From Nemertoderma westbladi (taxonomy: Eukaryota; Animalia; Xenacoelomorpha), in assembly GCA_032718475.1 (NCBI GenBank), contig JAUCBJ010000627.1:1-56430 (forward strand): DNA of 56,430 bases, written 5' to 3'. Below the pieces are notes generated by a model. It ran no database searches, had not been told where the DNA came from, and saw nothing but the letters and a program-made list of their open reading frames with translations. Made by a program: the position numbers and the translations under genes. Position 1 is the first letter of the stretch. Every line of letters begins with the position of its first letter. Shown here one piece after another: positions 9,937 to 20,295 of the stretch.

Positions 9937-11196
9937 ATGTCAATTATTAAGGAATTAGATTTATTTTCTACACAGCCAATACAGACTGAATTTAAAGCAA
10001 AGCATTATGAAACAATTTACCCCATATCTAATCTCAGAAGTGAATCTAGGGAGGTCACGTTCCTTGTACCAAGATCCAATGAATTCTATACGAAACTGCA
10101 AGACGCGTTATTAATTACAAAATGTACTGTACGCTGGGATAGACGACTTGAAAACTCCCATATTTATATGCTGAATTACCCCGCTGAAACTATGTGGAGT
10201 GATATTAAAATAGACCTTAATGAGAAGCAGGTTGAAAATAGCAATAACCAATATTTCTACAAGTCGTACTTATCCAATTTATTATTTACAACTTACGAGG
10301 ATAAAAATGGGCTACTGGGTGCGGGTGGCTTTCATCAACCTTTATCTGAACACGGAAATGAAATTGATCCCGGCGCGCATCCTATTGATGAGGCCTTTAG
10401 TAAACAAATGCAATTTGTAAGTGGATTGACAATTGATTTTGATACTGAAACTAAAATAATACAACCCGGGTATGATTTAAGAATGCATTTTAGAAAAGTA
10501 TCAAATTCGTTTATTTTTAAAATCACTCCAAACGCAAATGCTGTGACAAATCTTCGGTTAGAATTAGATGAAATAAAGATTCTAATCCCTAGAATGGAGG
10601 TTAATCCAGTAATAGAAAGCAGTCACCTAAAAGGTTTAGAGAGTTACGATATTGAATATCAATTCCAAAAAAAGGAGGTGACAACATTTACTATTCCCGC
10701 TCAAACCACAAATTACACCCAAACAAACATATTTGATGGTAAAAAACCCAAATTAGTTATTATTGGCTTCATAACAAATAACACTTATTCGGGAGAATTA
10801 ATTAGCAATCCCTTGAAATTTGAACATTTTAACCTTAGACACGCGGAACTGATTGTAGACGGTCTTCCAGTAGGGGGTGTAATATACGAGCCTAATTTTA
10901 CAGATGGAACATATATTTTTGAGTATACTCAATTAATGAAGAACATTAATACATATATTAACGGTTATGGAGGTAATAATATAGACCATGAAACCTACTT
11001 AGGTAATTGCCCCATGCTATCCTGGGACCTAACCGCCAACGGCTATGTTAGAGATCCGCAACCGTCGATATATACTAACGGCCAATTAAAATTAAGATTT
11101 GCCGAACCGTTGGTTGAAACCATAAATGTAATCGTTTTTAATATTTATGATCAATCATTAAGTTTAAATAGCAGGAAAGAAATACATATCGATTAA
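9937..11196 (+). CDS. Major capsid protein (double jelly-roll, hexon-like)
   Basis: ELDLFST.PIQT start, YPI, YKSYLSNLL, PKLVIIGF...NPLKFEHFNL, WDLT, L.LRFAEPL..TINVIVF motifs of Polinton MCPs; 419 aa. Confidence 0.88.
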   Translation: MSIIKELDLFSTQPIQTEFKAKHYETIYPISNLRSESREVTFLVPRSNEFYTKLQDALLITKCTVRWDRRLENSHIYMLNYPAETMWSDIKIDLNEKQVENSNNQYFYKSYLSNLLFTTYEDKNGLLGAGGFHQPLSEHGNEIDPGAHPIDEAFSKQMQFVSGLTIDFDTETKIIQPGYDLRMHFRKVSNSFIFKITPNANAVTNLRLELDEIKILIPRMEVNPVIESSHLKGLESYDIEYQFQKKEVTTFTIPAQTTNYTQTNIFDGKKPKLVIIGFITNNTYSGELISNPLKFEHFNLRHAELIVDGLPVGGVIYEPNFTDGTYIFEYTQLMKNINTYINGYGGNNIDHETYLGNCPMLSWDLTANGYVRDPQPSIYTNGQLKLRFAEPLVETINVIVFNIYDQSLSLNSRKEIHID

Positions 11197-11198
11197 GT

Positions 11199-11630
11199 AT
11201 GTTATCTACAGAGGACCTTGATATGTTTCCAGTGGGTGGTCACTATTTGGGCGCGTTTCCAGCTAATAAATTACCTAAATTAGATAATAATAAGCGGCAG
11301 GATTATGGCTTGATAGTAAATACCGATAAAGAGCATCTGCCTGGGATTCATTGGATCGCGATATATATACGAGATAATGAGACTGAAGTATTTGACTCGT
11401 TTGGACCAAATTATCCAAACAGATGCATCGAAAAATGGCTTGAGAAAAATTCCGCAAGGTGGCGTACTACTCGCAAACAATTTCAAGACCCAAGGAGGAC
11501 CACATGCGGTCTGTACTGTCTGTATTATTTGGTAAATCGTATTCACACAATCTATCCAATGAGAGCGTTTACAAATAATGTGGAAATAAATGAAATAATA
11601 ATAAATGGCTTGTTAATTATTATAAAATAA
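11199..11630 (+). CDS. Adenain-like cysteine maturation protease
   Basis: IVNTD....PGIHW (His), FDSFG (Asp), Q......CGLYC (Gln, Cys); triad intact. Confidence 0.93.
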   Translation: MLSTEDLDMFPVGGHYLGAFPANKLPKLDNNKRQDYGLIVNTDKEHLPGIHWIAIYIRDNETEVFDSFGPNYPNRCIEKWLEKNSARWRTTRKQFQDPRRTTCGLYCLYYLVNRIHTIYPMRAFTNNVEINEIIINGLLIIIK

Positions 11631-11682
11631 ACCAACATGCATTGTAATTAATCATTTAGCTTGCTTTTGTTTATCAGATAAA

Positions 11683-12282
11683 ATGGATAATATTATTTTT
11701 GTTGATTTTCAATATTATAAGATAGACAATAAGGAGTATCCGGTAGTATTTAAAGAATTTGCAATATACGATTCTAATTACACCAAAACTAATGTAAAGA
11801 CGTTTTTAATTAAAGGCCCGTCTAATATTAAGTTATCAGCTTTAGATGCAGCTCATGTAAACAATTTACGGGATATGACTTCTCACTTGCCCTGGGACTA
11901 CGGGGACATTTCTCAAGATGACTTTAAAAAATATATGAAGAGACATTTAAAATATAAAAAAAATATTCATGTATTTGGGTTGCTGAAGCGGGCAATATTA
12001 GTTTCCCAACTCGATGTTCTCGAGCCAAATTCGGTGGAGAAATTGGGAATATATAAGCAATATCACGATTATTTAACGCCTTGTCGATTTCACGACCGAT
12101 TCACTACAGTAGAAAGTAAATGCGCGTTCCACTTAAACATAAGGGATAACTGTCTGCGATACTGCTCAGCAAAACGCGTTGGGGGGTATGAGGCGCTACA
12201 CTTTTTCATGAGAAAGCGTTTAACTGCGACTGATGATGATGATAAACAGAAAGAAATAACTGCGGTGGAAGATGTACTGTAG
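11683..12282 (+). CDS. DEDD/DnaQ-like exonuclease-fold protein
   Basis: IIFVDFQ...FKEFAI, FLIKGP, HLPWDYGDI, IHVFG..K and C-terminal Cys/His cluster, a pattern I recognise from Polinton accessory nucleases. Confidence 0.6.
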   Translation: MDNIIFVDFQYYKIDNKEYPVVFKEFAIYDSNYTKTNVKTFLIKGPSNIKLSALDAAHVNNLRDMTSHLPWDYGDISQDDFKKYMKRHLKYKKNIHVFGLLKRAILVSQLDVLEPNSVEKLGIYKQYHDYLTPCRFHDRFTTVESKCAFHLNIRDNCLRYCSAKRVGGYEALHFFMRKRLTATDDDDKQKEITAVEDVL

Positions 12283-12404
12283 GTTTACTCTAAGCATGTA
12301 ATGTGATGGGATAATATAATTGTTTTAATGTCAATAAAAATAATAAAAACATTAAAATCTATTTTTTATATCTCAGTTTGACTAAAGGTGTAGGGCTTAA
12401 GTTT

Positions 12405-12428
12405 ACACACACACACACACACACACAC
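12405..12428. repeat. (CA)n microsatellite
   Basis: ~12 CA units. Confidence 0.9.
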
Positions 12429-12906
12429 CGCACCTACCGGTAGCCGGCGGTTGTATCAGAGTTTAACTACCAGTAGCTAGCTGATTTTACTACATATGCC
12501 AACAACGCTAAACTGTAAAACGGCAGAATGGCCCCCGACAGCAACCACAGAGCTTTAGCGTTACCGGTACCGTACTTACTAATAAGAAAATTAAATTAAG
12601 TCGACATGCGGGTTCGTGAATACAGCATTAGAGGAGGCCCACCTAACAATAGGCCTACTGGTACCGGCACGGTAGCACTCTTGTACCTGTATACTTGGAT
12701 AGCGCAAGGGCATGCTGGTTTCTTTGATTTAAGGATTAGGCTATTACACTTGAATGCTTCCAATTTTCTGTTTACAACTTTAATTGGTCTAATCTACATT
12801 ACTGCGTGCTACTGTTGCATAGGTAAGCCTATACAGCTATAGTTAACTTTATGCGGGGCCCTTTTTCGCATGTTGACCCAATATGGTTTACGGATAGGTA
12901 AGGTAC

Positions 12907-13248
12907 ACCTTCATTCGGTTAGGCATATAGGCCTAATGACTACTCCTCAACTGAAAGCTGACTACCTCACAGACACAATAGGTGTAGTTAGGTACCGGTA
13001 GCGCTATTGGACCTATAAAATCCCCTCACACTCTCTGTTACTAACTTTCAACATTCACTTTATGTTGTATGCTATACCGTTAACCTTTAGAACACACACT
13101 AGGCGCACCTTCATTCAGTTAGGCATATAGGCCTAATGACTCCTCAACTGAAAGCTATCTAGCACATTGATACAATAGGTGTGGCTAGCAATATATAAAA
13201 TTCACCGCGCCCAAGTTCATTCACTCCATGTTGTAGGCCTATATAAAA
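12907..13248. repeat. Imperfect ~200-bp direct repeat, 2 copies
   Basis: CACCTTCATTC(G/A)GTTAGGCATATAGGCCTAATGACT...CCTCAACTGAAAGCT at ~12907 and ~13107, each followed by ACAATAGGTGT and TATAAAA. Confidence 0.8.
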
Positions 13249-13370
13249 CATAGTTAGTTTATTTATGTATTCGCTTTTTTTTTTAATTAGAATAGACAAA
13301 ATACAAAAAACCTACTGATACCGGTAACACATTAACATTGAAACAAACAGACTGACTATTTATCTACTTG

Positions 13371-13697
13371 CTACTGGTGTGTTCTTGGATCTGTCGGAAC
13401 AGGAGCTACTGACACTTCTTCTTCCCAGTGCTCACCCCCACTATAGTTATCCAGATTTATCTGGTGTGCTTCTCCAGCCTGCACCCAAACGTTTAAACTA
13501 AAGTTTTTATTTGTAGACAATGTAGTTAGTCGACCTTCACCGCTCGTTTTATTTCTAACCATTATAGTAATCACTCCATTGTCATCTTTCAAATGTAATT
13601 CCATTACATTTATCGATGTAAAAAAGAGCTCTTCCCCCTCGAGATCAAATTTTAGTAAACAGTCGCTATGTCTATTTCCAATAAATGCGAACGACAT
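13371..13697 (-). CDS. Hypothetical protein, ~108 aa (MSFAFIGNRH...)
   Basis: First true ATG at 13697; beta-rich composition; TATAAA upstream at 13852-13857 (minus). Confidence 0.5.
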   Translation of the reverse strand: MSFAFIGNRHSDCLLKFDLEGEELFFTSINVMELHLKDDNGVITIMVRNKTSGEGRLTTLSTNKNFSLNVWVQAGEAHQINLDNYSGGEHWEEEVSVAPVPTDPRTHQ

Positions 13698-14395
13698 GTT
13701 GATTGATTGATTGAATGTTTGATGGATCACCGCGACTGGAGTTTGGAGGTTAGTTTTTTTTTTTTGCAAGTACAAATACAAGTAGGTCTATACCGGTATT
13801 TTTTTTTTATTTACGGTAACAAAATTATAGTTCACTGTTAGAAAAATTGAGTTTATATATATTTTTGTAAAGGGTCGCAGATGTGTACATTACAAAATTC
13901 ACATAGTTAACAAAACGCACAACATAAACCTTTCCCATGAGGATTAGCGATATATGCTCTGTTCATTGTTCTATTCTGAATGTAGGGAGATGCATAGCGG
14001 ATGTTTTAATGATATGTACCGATATACAGACTAGTAACAGATAGGATGGCATCGTCTTTGACTATGAATACCAGCACATACCCCTAATCTTTTCTCACCG
14101 AGCTTAGCGTTGCCTGCTGTACACACGCACACTCATAAGTAACAGATGCGCTATTGTGGCTCACTCGTGAGCAACAATGCCAAGTTAGCTAGCTAGCTAG
14201 CCGCGGCTGCTGAGTATACTATGTCTACTTGAGTGTTACAAGAAACAATCGCTCTACTGAAGTTAATTTCCCCCTCAAACTAGTTGTTGATTTTAAAAAA
14301 ATATTCATAAATTTTTTTCCAACCAAATTTAATATATATATTTTACAGTAAAAATCTCCACCACCAAACAGCAACAACAATAAATTTCATTCGTA

Positions 14396-14953
14396 CTAAT
14401 TATATTTTACATCAAAAACCCCCACACCAAACAATAATAAATTATTAACCAGCTTGTTGAAAATAGGATAATATATATGAAATTTAAACGGGGAACACAT
14501 TAATGTACATTTACCAGTGTAGAAACAGCAAACAACAACAATATTATTTATTCTGACTTTACAGTTATTGAATATTTCAGGGTCGTATGAAATTTCTAGT
14601 TTAACATTATCAAATATAACATAAAACCCGATATTATTTATAAGTAACCTATAAATTACAGTATCGATACTAAAAATATAAGTACACAAATTGATTGATT
14701 TAAAAATCAAATTAATGTTTGTTTTTTCTAATATATGTTTTTTCACTTTATTAAAATTATATTTTCTACCGAGAATTGTTATTCGTCCGTTTGTAAACAT
14801 TAATATGGTTGCACCAAATACCTTATATATAAACTGATTAGGTTTGAGTACAATTTTACCATTCAATTGCTTTTTTAATTCTTTCAAATTAAGTCCATAA
14901 ATAATCTGCTTACAACTTATATTTTTATTTACTATTTGATAATTCATCATCAT
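14396..14953 (-). CDS. Divergent TATA-binding protein (TBP) homologue
   Basis: Two TBP repeats: YQIVN..., ATILMFTNGRITILG (cf. TTALIFSSGKMVCTG), SYDPEIF (cf. SYEPELF), VVCCFYTGKCTL (cf. VLLIFVSGKVVL); ~185 aa, the size of a TBP core; start Met uncertain (14980, 14953 or 14947). Confidence 0.8.
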   Translation of the reverse strand: MMMNYQIVNKNISCKQIIYGLNLKELKKQLNGKIVLKPNQFIYKVFGATILMFTNGRITILGRKYNFNKVKKHILEKTNINLIFKSINLCTYIFSIDTVIYRLLINNIGFYVIFDNVKLEISYDPEIFNNCKVRINNIVVVCCFYTGKCTLMCSPFKFHIYYPIFNKLVNNLLLFGVGVFDVKYN

Positions 14954-17900
14954 CAACACCGTCGTCTTTTGGTTCTTCATAAATTGGTATATTTGACATT
15001 TTTATAGGTTTTTTGAGGTTTGTTTTATAGTGCCCCCAAGGAAGCGATTGATTTTTATTAAGCCAATAAAGTTTATCATCAAAGCTACTGAGTGCAAATT
15101 TATTTTGCTTTAAGGTATAAATACGATGTAATTTAGATTGAAATCTGTGTATGTTTTTTTTTATTTCTTCATTTGAGTTATATGCTTTTAAATATTCTTC
15201 ATGTGTAATATTCGTTTCCACAACAGCTCTTGTAATACCTTTTGCTCTACGAATATTTTTATTATTCCATTCCAAAATTGAATATAATTTTGGTCTTAAA
15301 AATACTGCTTGTTTAATTTCACGTGAGGCTAGTTCGTCTTTACAGTAATAGAGTCTGGATATATTTTTATCGCTGTAGAGTGGGTGATCCTTAGGGTAAT
15401 TGGATGTATCTAAAATATTATTTTTAATTAATGCTTTTAAAAAATTATTCTGCGATGTATTATAGTAACAACCTATCAAAGAGTCAGTGTCTGATGCAGC
15501 AATTTCAATACGGCAGTTTAATTCTTTCTCAATAGGTAGCAATTTATTGTAATACAGATCATACATATCCAATTTAGCCAAGTCCAACACAGTGCTACCA
15601 ATAAATATAGGCTTATCGAGAGTTACAGAGTCTTTCACTAATAAATGTCCCGATAATGTATTATTGTATATTATAAATTGTTCATGATTAATACGATTTA
15701 CCAATTGATCGCATTTATCGTTGCTATTTGCGATACGAAAGTTACATCGATCTCTTATCTTTTCTATTGATTTGCCAAACAGCGAATTATTGAGCAATTT
15801 CGCGACAGCTGTTTCAATATAACTTTTTGCCAGTCGCCTTTGATTAATATTAAAATCGATGTAATTTTTAAATACAAATTCTTGTTGAAAAGAATATAAT
15901 TTATGTAGTTTAGTAACAATTAATCCATGTTTTATATAAAATTTTAACAGTTTCAAATGTAAATGATAAAACTCTTTATCAAATTGTGTCAGCATGAGTT
16001 TTGGTATAGACATTCTATATTTACGGGAGGTATCTCTTTGTATTGACAAGTTATTAAATTGTTCCCGCATATAAGGTGAAAGCATTGATTCAATTATACT
16101 TAAATGCTCGGGGGCTAACGGTAATTGTAATGTTTGATTGTGAATAGCCTTGGGATAATTTAAATCACATATTAAAAAATATCCAGTAGATCCATCAATG
16201 TCTAAATCTACCAAGTACTCGATTAGTTTTTCTGGTATTGCATTCTCTAAATGTTTAATACTTACTTCTTTGAATTGTGAGGTGGGTAGTTTTTTACTTA
16301 AATTCCCAGAATATAAAGAGTTGAAATCAATATTAAAAATATGGCATTCTTCCTTAGTAGAATCATATGTACTTGTACCTGGTATATTTGATTCTATATA
16401 ATGTTTTCGACAAAATGAAACACCACCCCTAATTGATTTTTCAAAATCTCTATATGTCTGATAATCCTTTATTAATTCTATTTTACATTTATTATATTTT
16501 AGCGCGCAATCATAGGTAAATGACGCAATACTACAGTAAAAAACCGGTTCTAAATCGTAATTTTGTTTACAAACATTCCTAAAATTCTCAAATATATCGG
16601 CAAGCAAACAAACATCGAGTTTTAAATAGGCTAAAAGATAATCTTTGAGATTCACACAGTCGAATTCTACCCATGATATTCCCGCAAACCTATAATCTTC
16701 AATTGTGCATGTTTTTTGACTTAAGTTACTAAAAAAATTATTTATAGACGGCAAACCAGTATCATTAAATTTATTTATATCTGTCAAGTACTCGTATGGA
16801 AATACTCCTTTCCGTTTAATCGTTGAGTTATTCAAGTTTGGATAAAAATATTTCTTTTCTTGTAGAGTAATAGGTAAAATTGAGCTTATATCATGACTGG
16901 CTACATCCTTTGTTGAACACTCAACTAAATTACTTAAAGAAAAGCTTAAAAATTGATATGTGTCTAAGAAACGTAACTCAATTTTCTTAGAAGTGTTTTT
17001 AATTGGGATAAAGGCACTCAGTGAAATATATCGTTCTGTATTTCTCGGTATAACCTTTATATCCCAATCCGTGTATTTCTTATCTCTAAATCCGCTTTGT
17101 AATATACAATGTATATCGTAGTTGTTGGAATTGTGCCCGCAAAGTACATACAGGTATCGTTTCAATGATAAACTTCGGTTACAACTATTACAGGCTGCCG
17201 CAATATATTTACCTGTAATATGTGAATGGTGTCTGTTTTTCCCAACATTATTATTTAAAGTAACATTACAATAAAAACAAAATTTTGCTTGTTCAAAATT
17301 TACAAAATCAATATTAGTAAATGACATAGTTTTATGTGTGTATATTTCTGACCAACAACATAATTCAGTTAAATCAGTATATAATGAATCTAAGAAATCT
17401 TGAATACAATTATTATTATTTGACTTTACGAATGTTTTCAAATGACATTTTGGAGCATCAATTAATTCAGTATTGGGAACAATTAAATAACTCACTGCAC
17501 ACGGTATATGCTCCTGTATAATTTGATTATTAACTGACGGTTGTAAGATACATTCTATATCAAAGTAGGTGACAAACAATGGGGATAAGGTTCTATCTAA
17601 ATTTGTAAAACTAATGTGTGTTCTTTTTTTATTAGGTAGTTTCTCGCGCTGACTTCTTCCTTGGTAGCAGGCGAGACGGTGTCGATGAAGAACTTCCGCT
17701 CGAAAAAAATGAGTCAAACACCTTTCGCAATATTTCCTATTCCTGATATGAAGTGCTCTCGTATTCAGCAATCGATTCAAGTTAGTTATGCAAACATAAT
17801 GATTCAGTTTAGGTACATTGTTATTTTTTACTACAAGTAATATATTTAATAACTGTTTATCAGGTGTAATTTTACTAAACGGAGGTTGTCTTAATATAGA

Positions 17901-18987
17901 TACCGGGGTGCGTTTGTTGTCGTTATTCCAACATAGTAAATTAATTATATATTTTGAATTTTGTTTTTCAAAAAGTTTAATTGCTAACTGCCACTCTGTT
18001 GGATAATCTTTGTTCCCGTTGTCAAAAATGAAATGAGTCATATAATTTTTGTACGATGAAGTATGCTGTTTGTTGTTTTTTCACTTTGCTACTAAATTTT
18101 GCAGATATAATTGCCCATTTAAAACAGTCATTATCAGCCGATTGCACATTTATAACACATCGTTTACACGCTAGAGCCTTAGGTAATTCCATATACCCAT
18201 GCCCCTTATATAGTAACGACCTACACTTAGATTCAGCTAATTTAATTTCAACCCTTAATAAAGATTTAATACGCCACCCAGAACCACGTGTGTTAAAGAT
18301 GGCTATTTTTTGTAATATATTCCCCAGCACATGCTCAAACCATGTGTCAAAACTTTGCGGCGAATCTACAGTATTAATAGCACCACCGGAAGAATTAAAA
18401 TAAAAGGTTTCCAATTGCTCACCTTCTGAAAAATGTGACCTGTACATTAATACATTTAGACCTAACCACAGTCTAAGAACATTCATTTCTTTCAATCTAT
18501 CTAATATTAACTGAAGAATATTACCTCGAATTTGCGTTACTGCTGTTTCTACATCGGGATAATCTCTAGAAGTTGGGAGGTCGTGGACATAAATTTCAAG
18601 ACGATTATCGTGAGCTTCTTGTTCCCGCGTAAAAATTGTTGCGCATGTACCAAGAGCCACCCTTAAGTTTTTTCTAGATATTATATTTTTATGTTGCGGA
18701 AATTTACGCTTTCTTGTGTAGTAACATTTCAAGTGACAATCGTGTCGTAAATAATTGTCATATGTATACTCTTTATTACAGGTAGAACAAGTCAATTGAT
18801 AGGTGCGGAACTCCATTTCTTTACAACCAGTAGTCGTTTCATGTCGTTTACAAATTTCGCTGCATGAAGTCACGACATGACACTTTAAACAAGAATAACT
18901 TTCAAAATGTGACCGTAGGTGGCGTAAATAATTATGTCTAGTTACATTCATATGACAGAATGAACAACATATTGTTATTTTATCCAT
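14925..18987 (-). CDS. Protein-primed family B DNA polymerase with N-terminal zinc fingers and endonuclease VII-like insert; split by a 1-nt frameshift at 18076-18081
   Basis: ExoI YFDIEC, ExoII HNSNNYD, ExoIII YLKLDV, PolA DFNSLY, PolB KLLNNSLFGK, PolC SDTDS. The upstream ORF (zinc fingers, RGSGW, INVQSADNDCFKWAI) joins in frame if one A of an A6 run is removed. Confidence 0.95.
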
Positions 18988-19086
18988 GTTGAAGTTTGTT
19001 TAGATAAATAATAATAATAATAATAATAAAATATCTCCAAAGATTAAAATAAAATGAAATGATATGATATTGACTACATCTAAACA

Positions 19087-19145
19087 TTTATATGCTAGCG
19101 AGGGAAATAATTTTAAACCAATCACCAATCGCTTATGACTATTGG
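19087..19145 (-). promoter_or_regulatory. Candidate Pol II promoter of pPolB (TATA plus three CCAAT boxes)
   Basis: TATAAA on minus strand at 19087-19092, 100 nt before the ATG; CCAAT at 19118 and 19125, ATTGG at 19141. Confidence 0.45.
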
Positions 19146-19176
19146 AAACCGCAAAGAGTTTAACTTATGATTAGGC

Positions 19177-20238
19177 TTACATGTTAGGATAATAATCTGG
19201 TTTCCATGGAGAATTAGTAACAGGCTCTACTAGAACTGGGTTACTGACAACTTTCTGTTTCTTTGCAGGTGATGCGTTGGTAAATTTACTCGATGATCTT
19301 GGCTTCCGAGGTAATATTTCAGGAAAGACCTGTTGCGGTTGAGAGCAACTCTCTTCAACATCTGGATTAGGTGATGGGATCTCTACGAACGCTTTAGGTT
19401 TATCCAAAAGGTCAAAACCGTCAACATGGGCTTCAGTAAGAGAAATACCATCCATCGATTCTTTGAGAAAACTAATATGGGCTTTATCATTCAAGTAATG
19501 CAACTCGATAGAATTTCCGCCGGCACCTACTTCAGTAGAATTATCGGTGTTGGTGATAATAATTTTTTTATTATTGGTTTTAATCATTTTGAGACGGTCT
19601 GATAATTGAATGATATTTTTATCAAAAAGATGCTTGTCTGTTTCATCGACTTGGTTGTCCCACTCTCGCAACAAAACGGTTAGTTCCTGTTTTGACAAAT
19701 TGAAACCCGTATAATAGTTAAAACCAACACTATCAGTGTATCTGAGGCTGATTTTCCATAAGCCAACATAGTTGGTTCCTTTAAAAGCTGTTACAAATCC
19801 AATAAACTCTGGATTTGATAATTCAATGTAGAATTGATCGCTAATAATCTCTAGCGGTGGAGAGAGAAATTGCAATAATTTCCCTCTGTATTGAATTAGA
19901 ACTTCAGTAAAAGCTTTGTTGAGAACTTTACATTTGCCTTGTTTCTGAACGTAAACATCACCCGATGTGGGGTTGATGGAAATATTCAAATTTCCCCGCG
20001 CAAAACGAAGAGTGGGATATATCCTACCTGGTATAATTGCTGGTCTGGATTGATGTTGGTTGTTGGTTGTTTCTAGAATGTCTAACAAATAGCGGGTATC
20101 TTGATGGGAAAAACAAATTGATTCGTTGTCCTCCTGAGATTCCACAATAAAATACTTGCTGTGAACGACGGTACAAGTATATTTATTGTAAGTAAATTTC
20201 CAGCTATTTGTTGCTCCGGTTTTTTGCGTTAAGGCCAT
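19177..20238 (-). CDS. PC4-like ssDNA-binding / coactivator protein, probably with repeated domains and a disordered NLS-bearing tail
   Basis: FVTAFKGTNYVGLW...GFNLSKQELTVL matches the PC4 pattern (V..FKG..YVDIR...GISL..EQW); second GISLT; PAKKQK NLS-like motif. Confidence 0.6.
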   Translation of the reverse strand: MALTQKTGATNSWKFTYNKYTCTVVHSKYFIVESQEDNESICFSHQDTRYLLDILETTNNQHQSRPAIIPGRIYPTLRFARGNLNISINPTSGDVYVQKQGKCKVLNKAFTEVLIQYRGKLLQFLSPPLEIISDQFYIELSNPEFIGFVTAFKGTNYVGLWKISLRYTDSVGFNYYTGFNLSKQELTVLLREWDNQVDETDKHLFDKNIIQLSDRLKMIKTNNKKIIITNTDNSTEVGAGGNSIELHYLNDKAHISFLKESMDGISLTEAHVDGFDLLDKPKAFVEIPSPNPDVEESCSQPQQVFPEILPRKPRSSSKFTNASPAKKQKVVSNPVLVEPVTNSPWKPDYYPNM

Positions 20239-20295
20239 AATAATAATAATAAATACGAAAAATATTACAAGTGATAAATTTTAAACCGTATCGCT

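Noticed and set aside
12606-12842. 78-aa ORF in the convergence zone
   Set aside because: No motif, host-like TAGGCCTA/ACCGGT low-complexity sequence; insufficient support
15151-18403. Short plus-strand ORFs inside pPolB (and similar antisense or nested ORFs in the integrase, capsid and RTE genes)
   Set aside because: Shadows of real genes with no motifs
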